This document shows, piece by piece, positions 1 through 11,830 of a stretch of 64,000 nucleotides of DNA (its first letter is position 1; every line of letters starts with the position of its first letter). The notes under the pieces are model-generated. The model was not told where the DNA came from and searched no databases. It saw only the letters and a list, made by a program, of their open reading frames with translations. The position numbers and the translations under genes were made by a program. Origin of the DNA: Azolla caroliniana. Its lineage: Eukaryota > Plantae > Polypodiophyta. The stretch spans positions 17,856,001 through 17,920,000 of the forward strand of contig JBHGNT010000008.1 in assembly GCA_043228905.1 (NCBI GenBank), read 5' to 3'.

Positions 1-1860
1 GATCTACATTGATGAGATCACTGATTTTATTGCTCGTAAGGGAGGCAAAGGAGTGGCTATTGGGGATACGCAAGTTAGTCTCTTACTCTACGCAGACGAC
101 ATTGTCTTGCTCTCGGAGTCGGAACACGACCTACAAAAGCATCTTAATGCCCTAGATGACTTTTGTACACAACGAGGACTGGTAGTGAATCTAGCGAAAA
201 CTAAAGTCCTTATCTTTCATACATCGTCCAGAGTTAGGAGTAAATGTCACCTCATCCTCTCTCATAAACTAGTTGAGGTGGTGGGATCTTATGTATACTT
301 GGGAGTCACTTTTAGTGCTCGCTCAGGTAAATTCTCGATGACCCAGGCAGCCAAAGATAGGCTAACGAGAGGATATGCATCCCTCTCACTCTTAGAGAGA
401 CAATGCCACCAAGCATACTTTCAAGAGCCACGGACTAAGGGATGGCTTTTCGACTCATTAGTGACCCCGTCCCTCATGTATGCATCAGTAGTATGGGCTC
501 CAGGTCTACCATCTTTCATGTGGACGCAATTGGAGAGACCTTTAGTGGTGATGTTATCACGTCAACTCCGAAGCAAATCGACAGTACCACATGACATTAT
601 TAGAGCGGAGTTTAGCCTACCCCCGATGTTAGTAGAAGCACTCTTTCAAGTGGTAGCTTTTATTCATCGGATACATAGTCAACCACAAGATAGGATATCC
701 CGTCGAGCCTTTGAGGCATCCCGATCCTTACATGTGTCTGGAGACACCAACTCTTGGTACAGCATTGTGGTGAGTTGGTTATTTGCAAATGGCATAGACA
801 TTAATAACCTACCTCCCCTTAAGTACAACCATGGGACTGATCAAACTTTAATCTCTCGTGAAGATCGTAATAAAGTGATACGCCAAGAAATATGGCAAAT
901 CTACACTCGATACAAATGGATCACCCCACGAGAGCCACTCCCATCTAAAATGGTGTACTATAAGGAACACTTCTTGCACTTCTCTAAGTTAGGGTTTATT
1001 ACACGACCAAGATACCTAGATACTTTCTTATCAAATGCACTAAGGGTGGCCATTGGACAACTTAGGATATCATCTCACCAACTTGAGATTGAGAATGGTC
1101 GAGCTAATAGAGTCCCTAGAGAGGAAAGGCTATGTAGGTTATGCCACATAGAGATAGAGGATGAGTATCACTTCACATGCAAGTGCCCAACTTATGCCGA
1201 GATACGGGCGGAATACCAAGACATACTAGGACCCTCTCCCACCCTCTCCAAACTATTAGATACCCCGAGTGTAAAGAGACTAGGTAGGTATATCTTAGAG
1301 CTAAAACAACATAGGGAGGATAAATTACAAAGTGTTAATCATAACCCTTTTACTACTCATCAACATGTACCTAGTGTAATTTTTCAGGAACATGGGGAGA
1401 CGATGAATGTGGATACACTTATGCCGCTCGGCCTCTCCCTTGAGGAAGCAGAAATACAAAGAGCAACCAAACGTCCTCGGATGTTGGGCTTCAACACAAG
1501 TCAACGTGGAGTAGAAAAGATTAAGAAGATAAGGGAACGTGAGCTACGTCGACTCGAAGCTATGGTTGGGGTACCTCTTACATGGGGACCACGGGCCACA
1601 TCCACATCATGGCAACCCTTTGACCCCCCGCTTCTCTTCAAGAGACTTGGATGGAAATGAAATTAGGCCTAGTATAGAATCATTCTCATTGTAGAACATG
1701 TTTTTTATATACAACATGTTTGTTGTTTTCTTAGAACTATTTAGCTTAAACTCTATTTTATCTTATTTTTATTTTTACTTTCGATGAATGGGTAAATATC
1801 CCATTTTTGTTGTACACCATTTGTCTCATGGGCCAATTTTGGCCTTAGAAGACGTTAATA

Positions 1861-1896
<36 letters not shown>
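1..1896 (+). mobile_element. Non-LTR retrotransposon (RTEX-like LINE), 3' part; runs off the left edge
   Basis: Open RT ORF with YADD; AT-rich 3' UTR; (CTTT)n tail at 1864-1896 joined to the (CT)n tract of an LTR. Confidence 0.85.
2..1660 (+). CDS. LINE ORF2 C-terminal part: reverse transcriptase plus C-terminal CCHC-type zinc motif
   Basis: LLYADDIVLL, LVVNLAKTKVLIF, YVYLGV; C-terminal LRISSHQLEIENGR...RLCRLC...EDEYHF..CPTY; frame is open back to the window edge. Confidence 0.9.
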   Translation: MYIDEITDFIARKGGKGVAIGDTQVSLLLYADDIVLLSESEHDLQKHLNALDDFCTQRGLVVNLAKTKVLIFHTSSRVRSKCHLILSHKLVEVVGSYVYLGVTFSARSGKFSMTQAAKDRLTRGYASLSLLERQCHQAYFQEPRTKGWLFDSLVTPSLMYASVVWAPGLPSFMWTQLERPLVVMLSRQLRSKSTVPHDIIRAEFSLPPMLVEALFQVVAFIHRIHSQPQDRISRRAFEASRSLHVSGDTNSWYSIVVSWLFANGIDINNLPPLKYNHGTDQTLISREDRNKVIRQEIWQIYTRYKWITPREPLPSKMVYYKEHFLHFSKLGFITRPRYLDTFLSNALRVAIGQLRISSHQLEIENGRANRVPREERLCRLCHIEIEDEYHFTCKCPTYAEIRAEYQDILGPSPTLSKLLDTPSVKRLGRYILELKQHREDKLQSVNHNPFTTHQHVPSVIFQEHGETMNVDTLMPLGLSLEEAEIQRATKRPRMLGFNTSQRGVEKIKKIRERELRRLEAMVGVPLTWGPRATSTSWQPFDPPLLFKRLGWK

Positions 1897-1897
<1 letters not shown>

Positions 1898-4800
1898 CTC
1901 TCTCGCATGGATGTGCGCACAAGACCACATCGCCTTTATACCTTAGGGATCTTATGGGGCATTTCTAGCACCATACCCTTTTCCCCTATTATTATTACAA
2001 ATACATTATGTACGTGTGCAACGTTGCACATCGCTCTTTGGCTCTCGTTGCTCGGGTTTCTGCTTGTGGACGAAAATCTTCACGACATCCGCCCCCACCT
2101 AACCGCACATCCACCGGTATGTGCCAAAACATAGGGGAGAAAACATGAGATTTTGGGCCACGACGACCGGCCGAGTCCTTAGCACCCTCGTGGGCCCGCC
2201 CGGTTTTGTCCTCCACTTCGAGCAAGACCACCCCGTCCACACGAACCACCGCCGCCTTCCGGTCCACCATCCTCGCCGAAGGGTCTCGAACCGTCGGCGC
2301 CATCCGATCCGCCACACTCGACGATGTTCGCCGAGTCGTTGCCTCCACCCGATCCGCCACGTCCACCGTGGGGCCTCGAACCACCGACTACATCCGACCC
2401 GTTGTATCCGATCCCCGTGCTTTCCTCCCCGTTCGGTTCTCCCGAACGTCGTCGCCGACCCGGTTGCTCTTCCTTTGTCCGCCTCGTATATCCTCCGGAT
2501 GCGCTCCTGGTCGCATGCCGAATTCCGCCCTTTGCGTTCCGCACACCTCGGCGTGCCGATTCTCTCCGCTCCGCGCTTGCCTTCCGTAGGCTTTCCCCGT
2601 TGTTCGCCGTGCTCTCTCGTGGTAGAGCGTACTGTCATCCCGACCTCCGTGTCGGTGTCCCTCGAGGCTCTCATTACCGCTTTGCCTCGACTTGCGCCCT
2701 CTTGGCCCACTTGGCCTTGCATGCCCTCCGGGAAGCCACGCTTCCTCTTCTCGGCGCGTAGCCCGTTGCTCTCCACGCACCTTCTTCGGTTCTCAAGACA
2801 CGACTCTCCGCTCATGCCGATCGCGCTCGGCCCATGTCGTCGGTCTTGGTGTTTCGCCGCGCCATCCTTCGTCCCGTGCTTGCCTCTCGAAGGCTTGACC
2901 CGACTGTCATCGTCGGTCAATCGTTGTCGCCCATCCGCCGTATGCATGCTTGTGTCTTGGCCCTCCACCGACCGTATTGCATGCATCTCATGTCGCACTT
3001 CCGCCATAGACCTGACCTCCGCGTCGGTCTCCAACTCCTCGCCAACACCCACCGCTTCTTCGTTCTCCTTTCTATCCGCGACTGCCGATGCCTCACGGGT
3101 AGGTGTGAAGGGTTCCTCCCACTCTCGGTCCACCACCGAGTTCTCGCCTCTCAAAGCTCAATCGGTCCATCGTTTCGGGTCACTCATTGACGCTCTCTCG
3201 GATGCATGCTCATTCTTGGGCCCTTCACCGACCGTAGTGCATGCTTCGTGTTACGCCCTTCATCCGCCATAGACCCGACCTCCGCGTCGGCCACTTCTTC
3301 CTTTGTCACCGTAGCCCGTTCCGACCCGAGCTCACCATCTTGGACCCACTCGTCCATCATCTCATACGGGATACCCGCTCCAATAACTTTGTCCGCTCCG
3401 GCCTCCGACTCCTCGGCGCCACCCTCCATCTCTCCGGTCTCACGTTGATCCGCAACCGCCGAAGTCTCTAGAATGGGTGTGGAAGGTCCCTCTCGCTCTC
3501 GGTCTTCTAGCCAGCCGTGATCATCGTGCCCACTAGGGCTCCTCAATACGCTCAGCGGCTCTCGTCGCGTGTTGTGACCCGTCCTCCCCAATCTCCAATC
3601 ATGCCGACTTAGTCATCGCCCGGATCGGTCTCGGCCAATCGAGTTCCGGTTTGGTCGGCTCCCTTCCGTAATCGTAACCGGCCGGTACATGTTTGTCCGC
3701 GCAAATCCGGCCTTGCCGGTTCTTCTTCGGTTTGGCCCCGGTTGACCAAACCCCGCTTCACTCTTCTTCCGCTCCGCCTCCCGGTCGGGTCGTATTACCG
3801 ACCGCTCATCTTTCGGTCAGGTCGGTTCCCGACTCGCTCCTCGATGCCGCTCCGGACCTCTCCTTCGGTCTTTTCGCACGTGCCCACTCCGGGCCTCTCA
3901 TCCTCACGGCCACCGCCCATCTCTCCGGTCTTATGTCCGCGCTCGGGCGCAACCGCCGAAGTCTCCGGCCCCGGTGTCGAGGGATCTCGCCTCCGTTCGC
4001 TACCAACCTCCTCTTCGTCATTTCGATTGCCTGCCTTGCCGCCGCCACCGTCCGTCTCTCTAGGTCTCACACCGGCTCTCGGGCCAGTTGCCGGAGTCTC
4101 TAAGACCGGTGTGCGGAAGGTCACGGCACCGCCGCTCGTCTCCTCTTCTTCCTCGATTTCGCAAGCCTCGAGTATGCTCGCGAAATCCTCGTAGAACGTT
4201 TCGGGCGACCGCGTCCCAAAACTTTCGCCCACTCTCGAAGTGGCGTCCTTTGCTCCCTAGATATCGGCCTCATCCATGGCCGTCCTCTGTCCACAAGTCG
4301 AAAGGGTCATTCGCTCCGCACCCTCTCCCACATCGTCGCCGTGGTCGCCCGCCTTGCCGCCGCCACCGTTCGTTACCCTAGGTCTCACGCGGGCACTCGG
4401 GCCGGCCGCCGGGGTCTCTTGAACCGGTGCGTGTAAGGTAGCAACGCCGCCGCTCGTTGATGCTATGCCCGTAGCCACCTCCATTCGGAGATCATCGTCC
4501 GTGGTTACCCCGCCTCCGTATATGCAAGCATCAATTATGCTTGCCGCCTCCTCTTCCACGGTCTCCTTACCGTTGTCTCGGTTGCCCGCCTTGCCGCCGC
4601 CACCACCCGTCGCTCTAGGTCTCACGCGGCAATCGGGCCGACCGCCGGTGCCTCTAGGGCCGGTGTGTGTAAGGTTGCGGCACCGCCGCTTGTCTCCTCC
4701 TCACTCGGTGTTCGGGCCGCCATGTCCCGAATCCATAGTTATCGGCCTCCATGGCCGTCCATTCGCCGCAAGACGAGAGGGTCGCTCTTTCCGCACCCTC

Positions 4801-5890
4801 TCCCATGTCACCATCGTGGTCGCCCGCCTTGCCTCCACCACCACCCGTCACTCTAGGTCTCACACCGGCTCTCGGACCGGTTGCCGGAGTCTCTAGGCCC
4901 GGTGTGCGTAAGGTCCCGGCACCACCACCCGTCTTCTCCCCACTCGATGTTTCGGGCCTCCATGCCCGAATTCCCTCATGTCTGCTCGAATCGGAGATCG
5001 CCGCCTCACCGTCCCCGACCTTGTCCTTGGTCAATCTTTCTCCGCATGTCGAGAGGGTGGCTCGCTGCGCACCCTCTCCCGTGGTACCGATGTACCATTC
5101 TCTTTCGGCCTCCTCATCCTCCGATCCGCTCGGGCCCGACTCCGCAATAAGCCCTTCTTCGGCTTCAACTTGTGCCTCTACGATCTCGGACGCTTCCCGC
5201 ACCAAGGCTTCGATGTCGAGGTCCTCCGAACCGATTTGTGTTGAGCTCTCTTCCGGAATGGAAGCTTTGCTCAAGAAGAAGAAGAATGAACAAGAGACTG
5301 GATCGAACAAGAGGAAGATGGAGACAAGATGAACAACAAGATGTATTAAAACGAAATGAACAATTACAGAATGGTGGCCGCATAGGCCGCACCAAACGAC
5401 TACTCGAAACCCTAACCGACGAAGATGAAGATAAAGATAAAGAATCCCTAACCCTAACCCTAACGCTTGACCTATGTGGTATACCTCGCACACTCAAAAT
5501 AGGCAACCCTCACAATGGTGCCTTCCCTCTCCTTTTATAGCACAAGGAGGGAAGACCGTTTACAAAAACGAGACTAAAATATCCCATTTCATTCAAAGGG
5601 GATATTTGCCTTGATTTGGGGAGGGTGAGATTGATGGCCCCTTAACTCCCACCTCCTCACAAACAACTAGGTACCTATGTACCGCATAGTACCTCTCTCT
5701 CTCTCTTGCGTGGATGTGCGCACAAGACCACATCACCTTTATACCTTAGGGATCTTATGGGGCATTTCTAGCACCATACCCTTTGCCCCTATTATTATTA
5801 CAAATACATTATGTACGTGTGCAATGTTGCACATCGCTCTTTGGTTCTCGTTGCTCGTGTTTCCGATCGTGGACGAAAATCTTCACGACA
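1897..5890 (-). mobile_element. Non-autonomous Gypsy-like LTR element A (no pol); 3' LTR cut by the LINE, 5' LTR end/PBS/gag start deleted
   Basis: Direct repeats 1897-2087 and 5695-5890, both ending in ATCTTCACGACA; purine-rich PPT-like GCGGTTAGGTGGGGCGGA at 2088-2105 (-); internal peptide DLDIEALVREA matches the gag tail ILNIEALMREA of the ORF at 47037-47843. Confidence 0.75.
4020..4945 (-). repeat. About four dispersed GC-rich repeat modules inside element A
   Basis: Recurrent ccttgccgccgccacc...ctaggtctcac...gggcc...accggtgtgc near 4030, 4350, 4588 and 4826; encodes ETPATGPRAGVRPR.T.GGGGKAG on the minus strand. Confidence 0.75.
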
Positions 5891-7024
5891 ACGGCATAGA
5901 ACGACATGAAGGTTTCCACCACTTGATTGAGGAAGTGCCCTCCTTGGTCACTTATTAGCTCGATCGGGCATCCATACCTGCACCAGATATATTCATACAA
6001 GAATTTTTCTGTCGACACCGAGGTGTTGTCGTGCAAGGCTTTGGTTTGCATCGCCGGTGGTTTAAATGGACCAACAAAATCCAGTCCCCATTTTTGAAAT
6101 GGTTCTAACGGCAATACTAGCTGGTGCGGCATCCTAGCTTGTTCGGTTGGTTGGCCCATTCACTGACATAGATCGCATTCTTTAGCATACCAGACCGCAT
6201 CTTTCAATGTTGTCGGCCACCATAGGCCACTCTGCCATATCTTTCTTGCCGTAGCATCTCCGGCGTCATGGCCTTCGGCAACTCCGCAGTATGCTTCTCG
6301 TAGTATTATATCCTTCTCGTCGCTGCGCACCGCCCGTCACCATATACCGTCTGCGCCTTTGTGGTATAGTGTGTCCCGTAATAAACAGAAGTGCCGGCTT
6401 TGTACTGCTAGGTGTTTCCTCTCGTCCCGGTTCATCTCCTCCGGAGGCAATCCGGTGCTCAGAAATTGTTGCATATTCGTTAGCCACTTATCTTCTTGTG
6501 CCACCGTTTCATCTGTTGCCATTTCCGTTGTCGTGAAGATTTTTGGCAATAGTGTGAAAATCCCATAAAACGTACGAAATCGAGTATGAATCACATAGTA
6601 CAATAATTGTGAAGATAACATTTTAAATAAATTTAATATCTAAGTACAAAATGATGGAGGTTTCAAATGCACTTTATTACACGAGAAACGGACAACTAAA
6701 TGTCAAGATATGAGGGTATCAAGTTTGTAAAAGGAAAAGAGAAAATTGTGAGATATCCCACATAGGCACGACAAATACAACTCTCATCATATATAAGGTG
6801 GAGCAAAAGATATTATCCTTGTGTTTATGTGTGGAGCATAGAGAGAGGTCAAGGTAACTTGAACTAAGAGTGGAGGTGGGCTAGCTACTCGTAAAGGGTT
6901 TTGGTCAACCAAAACCGGACCGGCGATGGAGCCGGTGATCCGGCGACGGCACCGGTAACCGACGGCATCCGGCGACTAGATAAATAAATATATATATATA
7001 TATACATATTTACATATATACAAG

Positions 7025-7096
7025 GAGGGCAAGTAAGGATTCAAACCTTGCACCTCCAAGTTAGGAGTCAATTGGCTTACCATTAAGCCATACTAT
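7025..7096 (-). other. tRNA-like A/B-box module in the LTR of element B (antisense)
   Basis: Reverse complement reads TGGCTTAATGG (A box)...GGTTTGAATCC (B box) at tRNA spacing. Confidence 0.7.
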
Positions 7097-7499
7097 TTAG
7101 TTGAAATTATATTTCTATCATTGTACTTTTATATGTAAATTCTCATACATGAGAGCTAAAATGAGTGACATGGTTATCATGCACCACATGTAATACATAA
7201 GCGCCAAATGGCAAACATGCAATTTATGCATGTCTTGTACCCTCACATGCATCATATGCATGAGAGCATCTATAAAAGAGGGAAGGGGGAGGAGAAAAGA
7301 CACAGTTTTTTTTATGAAAATTAAGAGGAAGAAATTCGTTATCAAATTGATCGTGTAATCTCAACTTCTCTCTTTCCCAATCTATCTTTAGTACTTTCTC
7401 GCCAAAGCTTGTATCGACTCTAAATCCTTCTAGTCCAGAACCCCGGCGGTTCCGCCTCACGATCTGCGCGTAGTGACGGATCTTCACGACATAATTAAG

Positions 7500-7517
7500 T
7501 GGTGAACCCGACGTGAA
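7500..7517 (+). promoter_or_regulatory. Primer-binding site complementary to the tRNA-Trp 3' end
   Basis: TGGTGAACCCGACGTGAA is the reverse complement of the plant tRNA-Trp end TTCACGTCGGGTTCACCA; 8 nt after the LTR. Confidence 0.85.
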
Positions 7518-7552
7518 AGAGGCAGTAGGAAGGATCAAGTCGAGATTAATAC

Positions 7553-9013
7553 TTGGAGATGGTGTCCTCAAGCAACCAAGCAGGAGAGCTCGAAAGGATG
7601 ATGCTAATCGTCGAGCAAATGATGAGATCTCGGGACAACGACGCGAGCGTGGAGAAGGCTGTCGATCGTGTCGTAGAGCTCGAGGGCCAATTCGATGGAA
7701 GGAACGTTATGAAGTTCCTTGATGCATATAAGAGGGAGATGAATCAAAGGGACGTGTCCGAGGCACGTCAAATCGCAAGCTTCAAGAGAGTTGTCGCCAA
7801 CAACATCCAAAGACGCGTCATCGAGCTTCAAGAAGGAAAGACAACATGGTCCGAGTTCGAGAAAACGATACTAGCGGAGTTCGTGACTGAAGACTCAACG
7901 AGGATGACTCGACATGCCCTGATGAAGTGGATAGAGAAGAAGAATAAGAAGATGAGCGTCTCGAGGGTGTACGACGAATTCGACCACATGTTTAGTCGTC
8001 TCCCCAATACGGACCAAGGCCGTGGACATAAAGGATAGACGGGAGTTGGGGACTCTTCTCGAAGATGATACCCAAGCAAATGGGCTCGTAGCGGACTGGA
8101 TCGCGGTGAAGCGGGCATGCAATAGGCTCGACAAGCGTCGCCAATGGGTTGATGACACCGACTTGACGGGACCGACTACCACGGAGAAAGCAAGACCGCC
8201 GAAAGTAGCTGAGCCGCCAAGACAAAGTAACGTGGAAGAAAAGAAGATTGTTGACGACATCATTGAAGAGCTAGCGAAGAAGTTCGAGAAGGTCACGCTA
8301 GCCAACATGAATCATCGGGGCCCTAAAGGAAAAGAACCCTTTAGATGTGTGTGGTGCGATAGCATGGACCACATCAGAAGGGATTGTGCGAGCCTTCGAG
8401 AGGCGATTCAACAAAATATCGTATACATAGAGGACAACATGATCTGCTCAAGCGAGACTAGAAGACCCCTACGGGGGAATTTCGGAAGAGGAGGAATGAA
8501 GAGATCTATGGAGGATGCCGATGCGACTCATGTGGATGCGATGACTATGCTGCGTCGGCCGGAATAAGAGTCGGGAAAGACAAGACTGAAGCTGCTAGAG
8601 CGGGAGCAAAGTTTTGGACTTCCATTCTCGAATATGAGAAGAAGAGAAAAATCACATCGAACGAGGTAGAGCTTGCGGACCGAAGCATGCAAAGCATAAC
8701 CGGGTGGTCGGATCCGGTGGACGACAACACCATACTCGCAGAGGTGATGTGCGACAACCACGAGGTGTTCGTCGAAGAAAAGAGAAAGAGAATAGAAGAG
8801 CAAGGCCCATCTAAAAGACATGAAACAAGGACTGCGAAAAAGAAGGACGATGCGGAGACGAGTCGACCTTTACAATTGGAGGAACGAGAATCAAGCCGAA
8901 AAGGGGAGCCGAGCATACGAGTTGAAGAAACAGTGCGGCCCGTGAAGGTTGGTGTCGAAGACCCCACTCGGAGGACAAGGACTATACCTACCTATAAGCT
9001 AAGGTCGGACATA
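7553..9013 (+). pseudogene. Frameshifted gag of element B
   Basis: FDGRNVMKFLDAY; zinc knuckle CVWCDSMDHIRRDC; homologous to the gags at 47037-47843 and 54908-56530. Confidence 0.8.
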
Positions 9014-11339
9014 GAATCCCGGCGGTTCCGCCTCACGATCCGCGCGTAGTGACGGATCTTCACGACACCGCGGTGACTCGAAATAGCTCAGAATCCGGAA
9101 ACTCGTCCGGGACTCCGTCACCATTCTTGCCGGAATCTAACTGGCTCAAATAGTCTACTACTGCATGCTGTATGCCGGGTCGGTGGAATATTTCGAACTC
9201 AAATTCCTGCAACAGTAACGTCCACCGTGCCAACTTACCGGTTAGTGACGCTTTGGAAACTAAATAGAGGAGTGGGACATTACCTTGTACGTCGAATCCC
9301 ATCGTGGTCGCCAAAAACTGTGTTAATCCTTAGGGCCGGACAACAGCCAAACACAGGGTGTCCACTTAAGACACTTCACCAAAGGGTGTTACGGTGAGAT
9401 AACTTACGACACAATGCTTAATTGGACCTTAATCGGTTACTTAGCAATACATCATTAACACGCGTAAGATATACAATAAGCATAGAACGGTGAGCAATAC
9501 TCAATGATTAAACAAAGGTTTATATTACTCTTCGTTAATGACTACATTGTAACTGGGCCTTTATATAGGTCACCGGTGCGAAGTACAAAACGGTGCCAAC
9601 CGGCACCTATTCGGGATCGGTCCGGATCCGGACCGGCATAGCGATTTTGGTCCGTCCGTCCACATCTTCTCATATATTAATATATATATTAAGACTAGTA
9701 ATTTCAACAGATTCCCAAATAACAATTCCCCTTTTCACACCCTGGTCTTTGCAGGCCGGGTAACACACTCAAGCGCAAGCAACTATGTTGGAATGTTGTA
9801 TCCTACGTTCTTACAAAATGGTAGATGCACATCAGATTGGTTAACATTGTAGCATGCAATGTCACAAATCAATGCATGTGTAACATTCCATTAATAATTC
9901 ATTACCTCTTGCCATGACTAACAATGCACTCTTCATTAAATCTAATAACTGGCTATATTGGTATCATATACATTGTATGGTTGGTTTTATCTAATGTGAC
10001 GAGATTGCTCACAAGGTAACTTGTACTATGTGGAGATAGAGTTATTAGGCACCATGTTTTACATAGAGAGTTACAAGGTGGCACACATTCTTGGCCTAGC
10101 TTTTGCATACCTAATTTTACAAAAGAAGTTCACCAACCGTTTTTCTAAAGAATGCCAACTAGCTCCAAGGGGTTCTCTCTCGCCTAATTTTCCAAAAGAA
10201 AGTCACCACCCGTTATTTTGGGTGCTTGTCTTCTTCATTGCTCATGCACATCCTTCGTCAAATCATTTTGAGTTATTATGTCCGTTGTTCATCTCACACG
10301 TTGGATGTCATTTGGCATATATAACAATTTGACCTTCTTCCAACTTGATGGACATTGTTGTTAACCTTATCTAAAGTATTATTACGACTCTCCCACCAAC
10401 CATGATTTGGAGACCTTAGCGAGGTTCTTGAGTCATGAAACGTGACACAATTACTTATCGTGGATCCTAGAGACGACTCTCCGACCAACTGTGATTCGAG
10501 ACCTTATCAAGGTTTTTGGGTCATGAAGGAGAATGCAATCATGAATTGTGGATCCACCGGGACATGGTGGTACGTGACCAAATTCGGAGACGCCGACGGG
10601 GGCCCCATGAAGAGTTCTATTTTCATTTCTTTTTAAAGAGTGCTATTTAGATGTATTGGTTCTCCTTTCTTTGTTTTCTGAATGTGAATTTGCTACCAAT
10701 GACAATTGGGAAAAATGTTGCACATGTGAGTCCTTGCATAAGCTTTGCTCTTGCGCAACTTACACCCCAAGGCATAGTTCAGTGTCACCTCTCATTTTGG
10801 AGCCAAGAGTTGGCTTACTTAGGACATTTGATGGCACTCAAGATCTTATATGGGTGTTCTTTAACTAAGTGCAACTGTTAGAATCTTAATTAATGTTTTG
10901 CAAAATTAAAGAGGAAAATAAGGAAGAAACAACACCAGTCCATCTAACCACTGCCTAGTAAAGGTGTCCACCACCTCACGAAGGTGAGAGACAGATCCCA
11001 ATCCCCCACCAATGTCCCATACCATTGTGTACAGACATGGATCGTACTTCGGGTTTGAAGAATAAGGAAGCACACGTGTATGAAGCTAGAGCTTTGCCAC
11101 ACTATGATAGTCTCTATCCTGAAAGCAACTAGCCTTCTTATATAGGCCCAAACCCTAGGCCCCTATGTGTGTTTCCCACTTTGGTTGCTTTTTTTATAAA
11201 AAGTGACCACGTGATGAAACACTCTTACCGTAGTATTGAGATAACTCAATCCTCACCCTTCATCATTACAAATTAGCCCACAACCTTAGTTACGGTTATG
11301 CTCGTAATATACCCCCTCCCTCTCTAAAAGATTGGACTC

Positions 11340-11830
11340 TTGCAATGAAATGCCAAGGAATGAATGAATGTGTGTATGTGTATGTGTATGATAAAGGATT
11401 GTATGAATTCATATATGTGTGTGTATGAATGACCAATACTCTCAATTCAATGAATGTATCAATATGAATCAATGTATGTATATGAATGCATGATATGTGT
11501 GTATAAATAAATGAATATATGTGCAAAGAATTTATGTGTATGATAAATGATTGTATGAGTGCCTGTATGTGCACGTATGAATGAATGATACTCTTGATTG
11601 TGTTTGTGTGTGTGTATGCATGTGTCCATATGTGTATGAATTTTAATTCCAAACTCTGTTAATTAGTGTGTGTATGTGTATGTGCTTCCTAATTTCTATG
11701 TGTTTTTATGCGTAATAAACCCTATACCTAACCATGAATGTGCATGTGTGACTATTTGTCAAAGGTGTATGCATGCATGCTTATTTTTGTGAATGTTAAT
11801 TTCTGTGTATTTCTTTGTGTGTAAAAACAA
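11340..11830. repeat. Degenerate (TG/ATGA)-rich low-complexity tract
   Basis: tgtgtatgaatg-like units throughout; gives the His/Ile/Tyr-rich spurious ORF 11296-11652. Confidence 0.75.

Larger units (their letters stand above)
6529..9067 (+). mobile_element. Trp-primed Gypsy element B: 5' LTR 6529-7491, gag, then deletion to the last ~55 bp of the 3' LTR
   Basis: TGTCGTGAAGAT...ATCTTCACGACA termini; 9014-9067 repeats 7438-7491; 4-bp TSD CCGT/CCGC, whose removal restores the host pol frame (RVTAEMATDE). Confidence 0.88.
5891..9709 (-). mobile_element. Deleted Gypsy element C: LTR (~9321-9709), tRNA-Arg-like PBS, RNase H end and integrase; interrupted by elements A and B
   Basis: Integrase KWGLDFVGPF / ELISDQGGHF at 5891-6528; RNase H end LARWTLLLQEFEF at 9068-9275; PBS TGGCGACCACGATGGGATTCGA at 9292-9313 (-). 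Confidence 0.75.

Noticed and set aside
1995-5540. Many long overlapping ORFs on both strands as host genes
   Set aside because: GC-rich repetitive interior of LTR element A; low-complexity translations without domains
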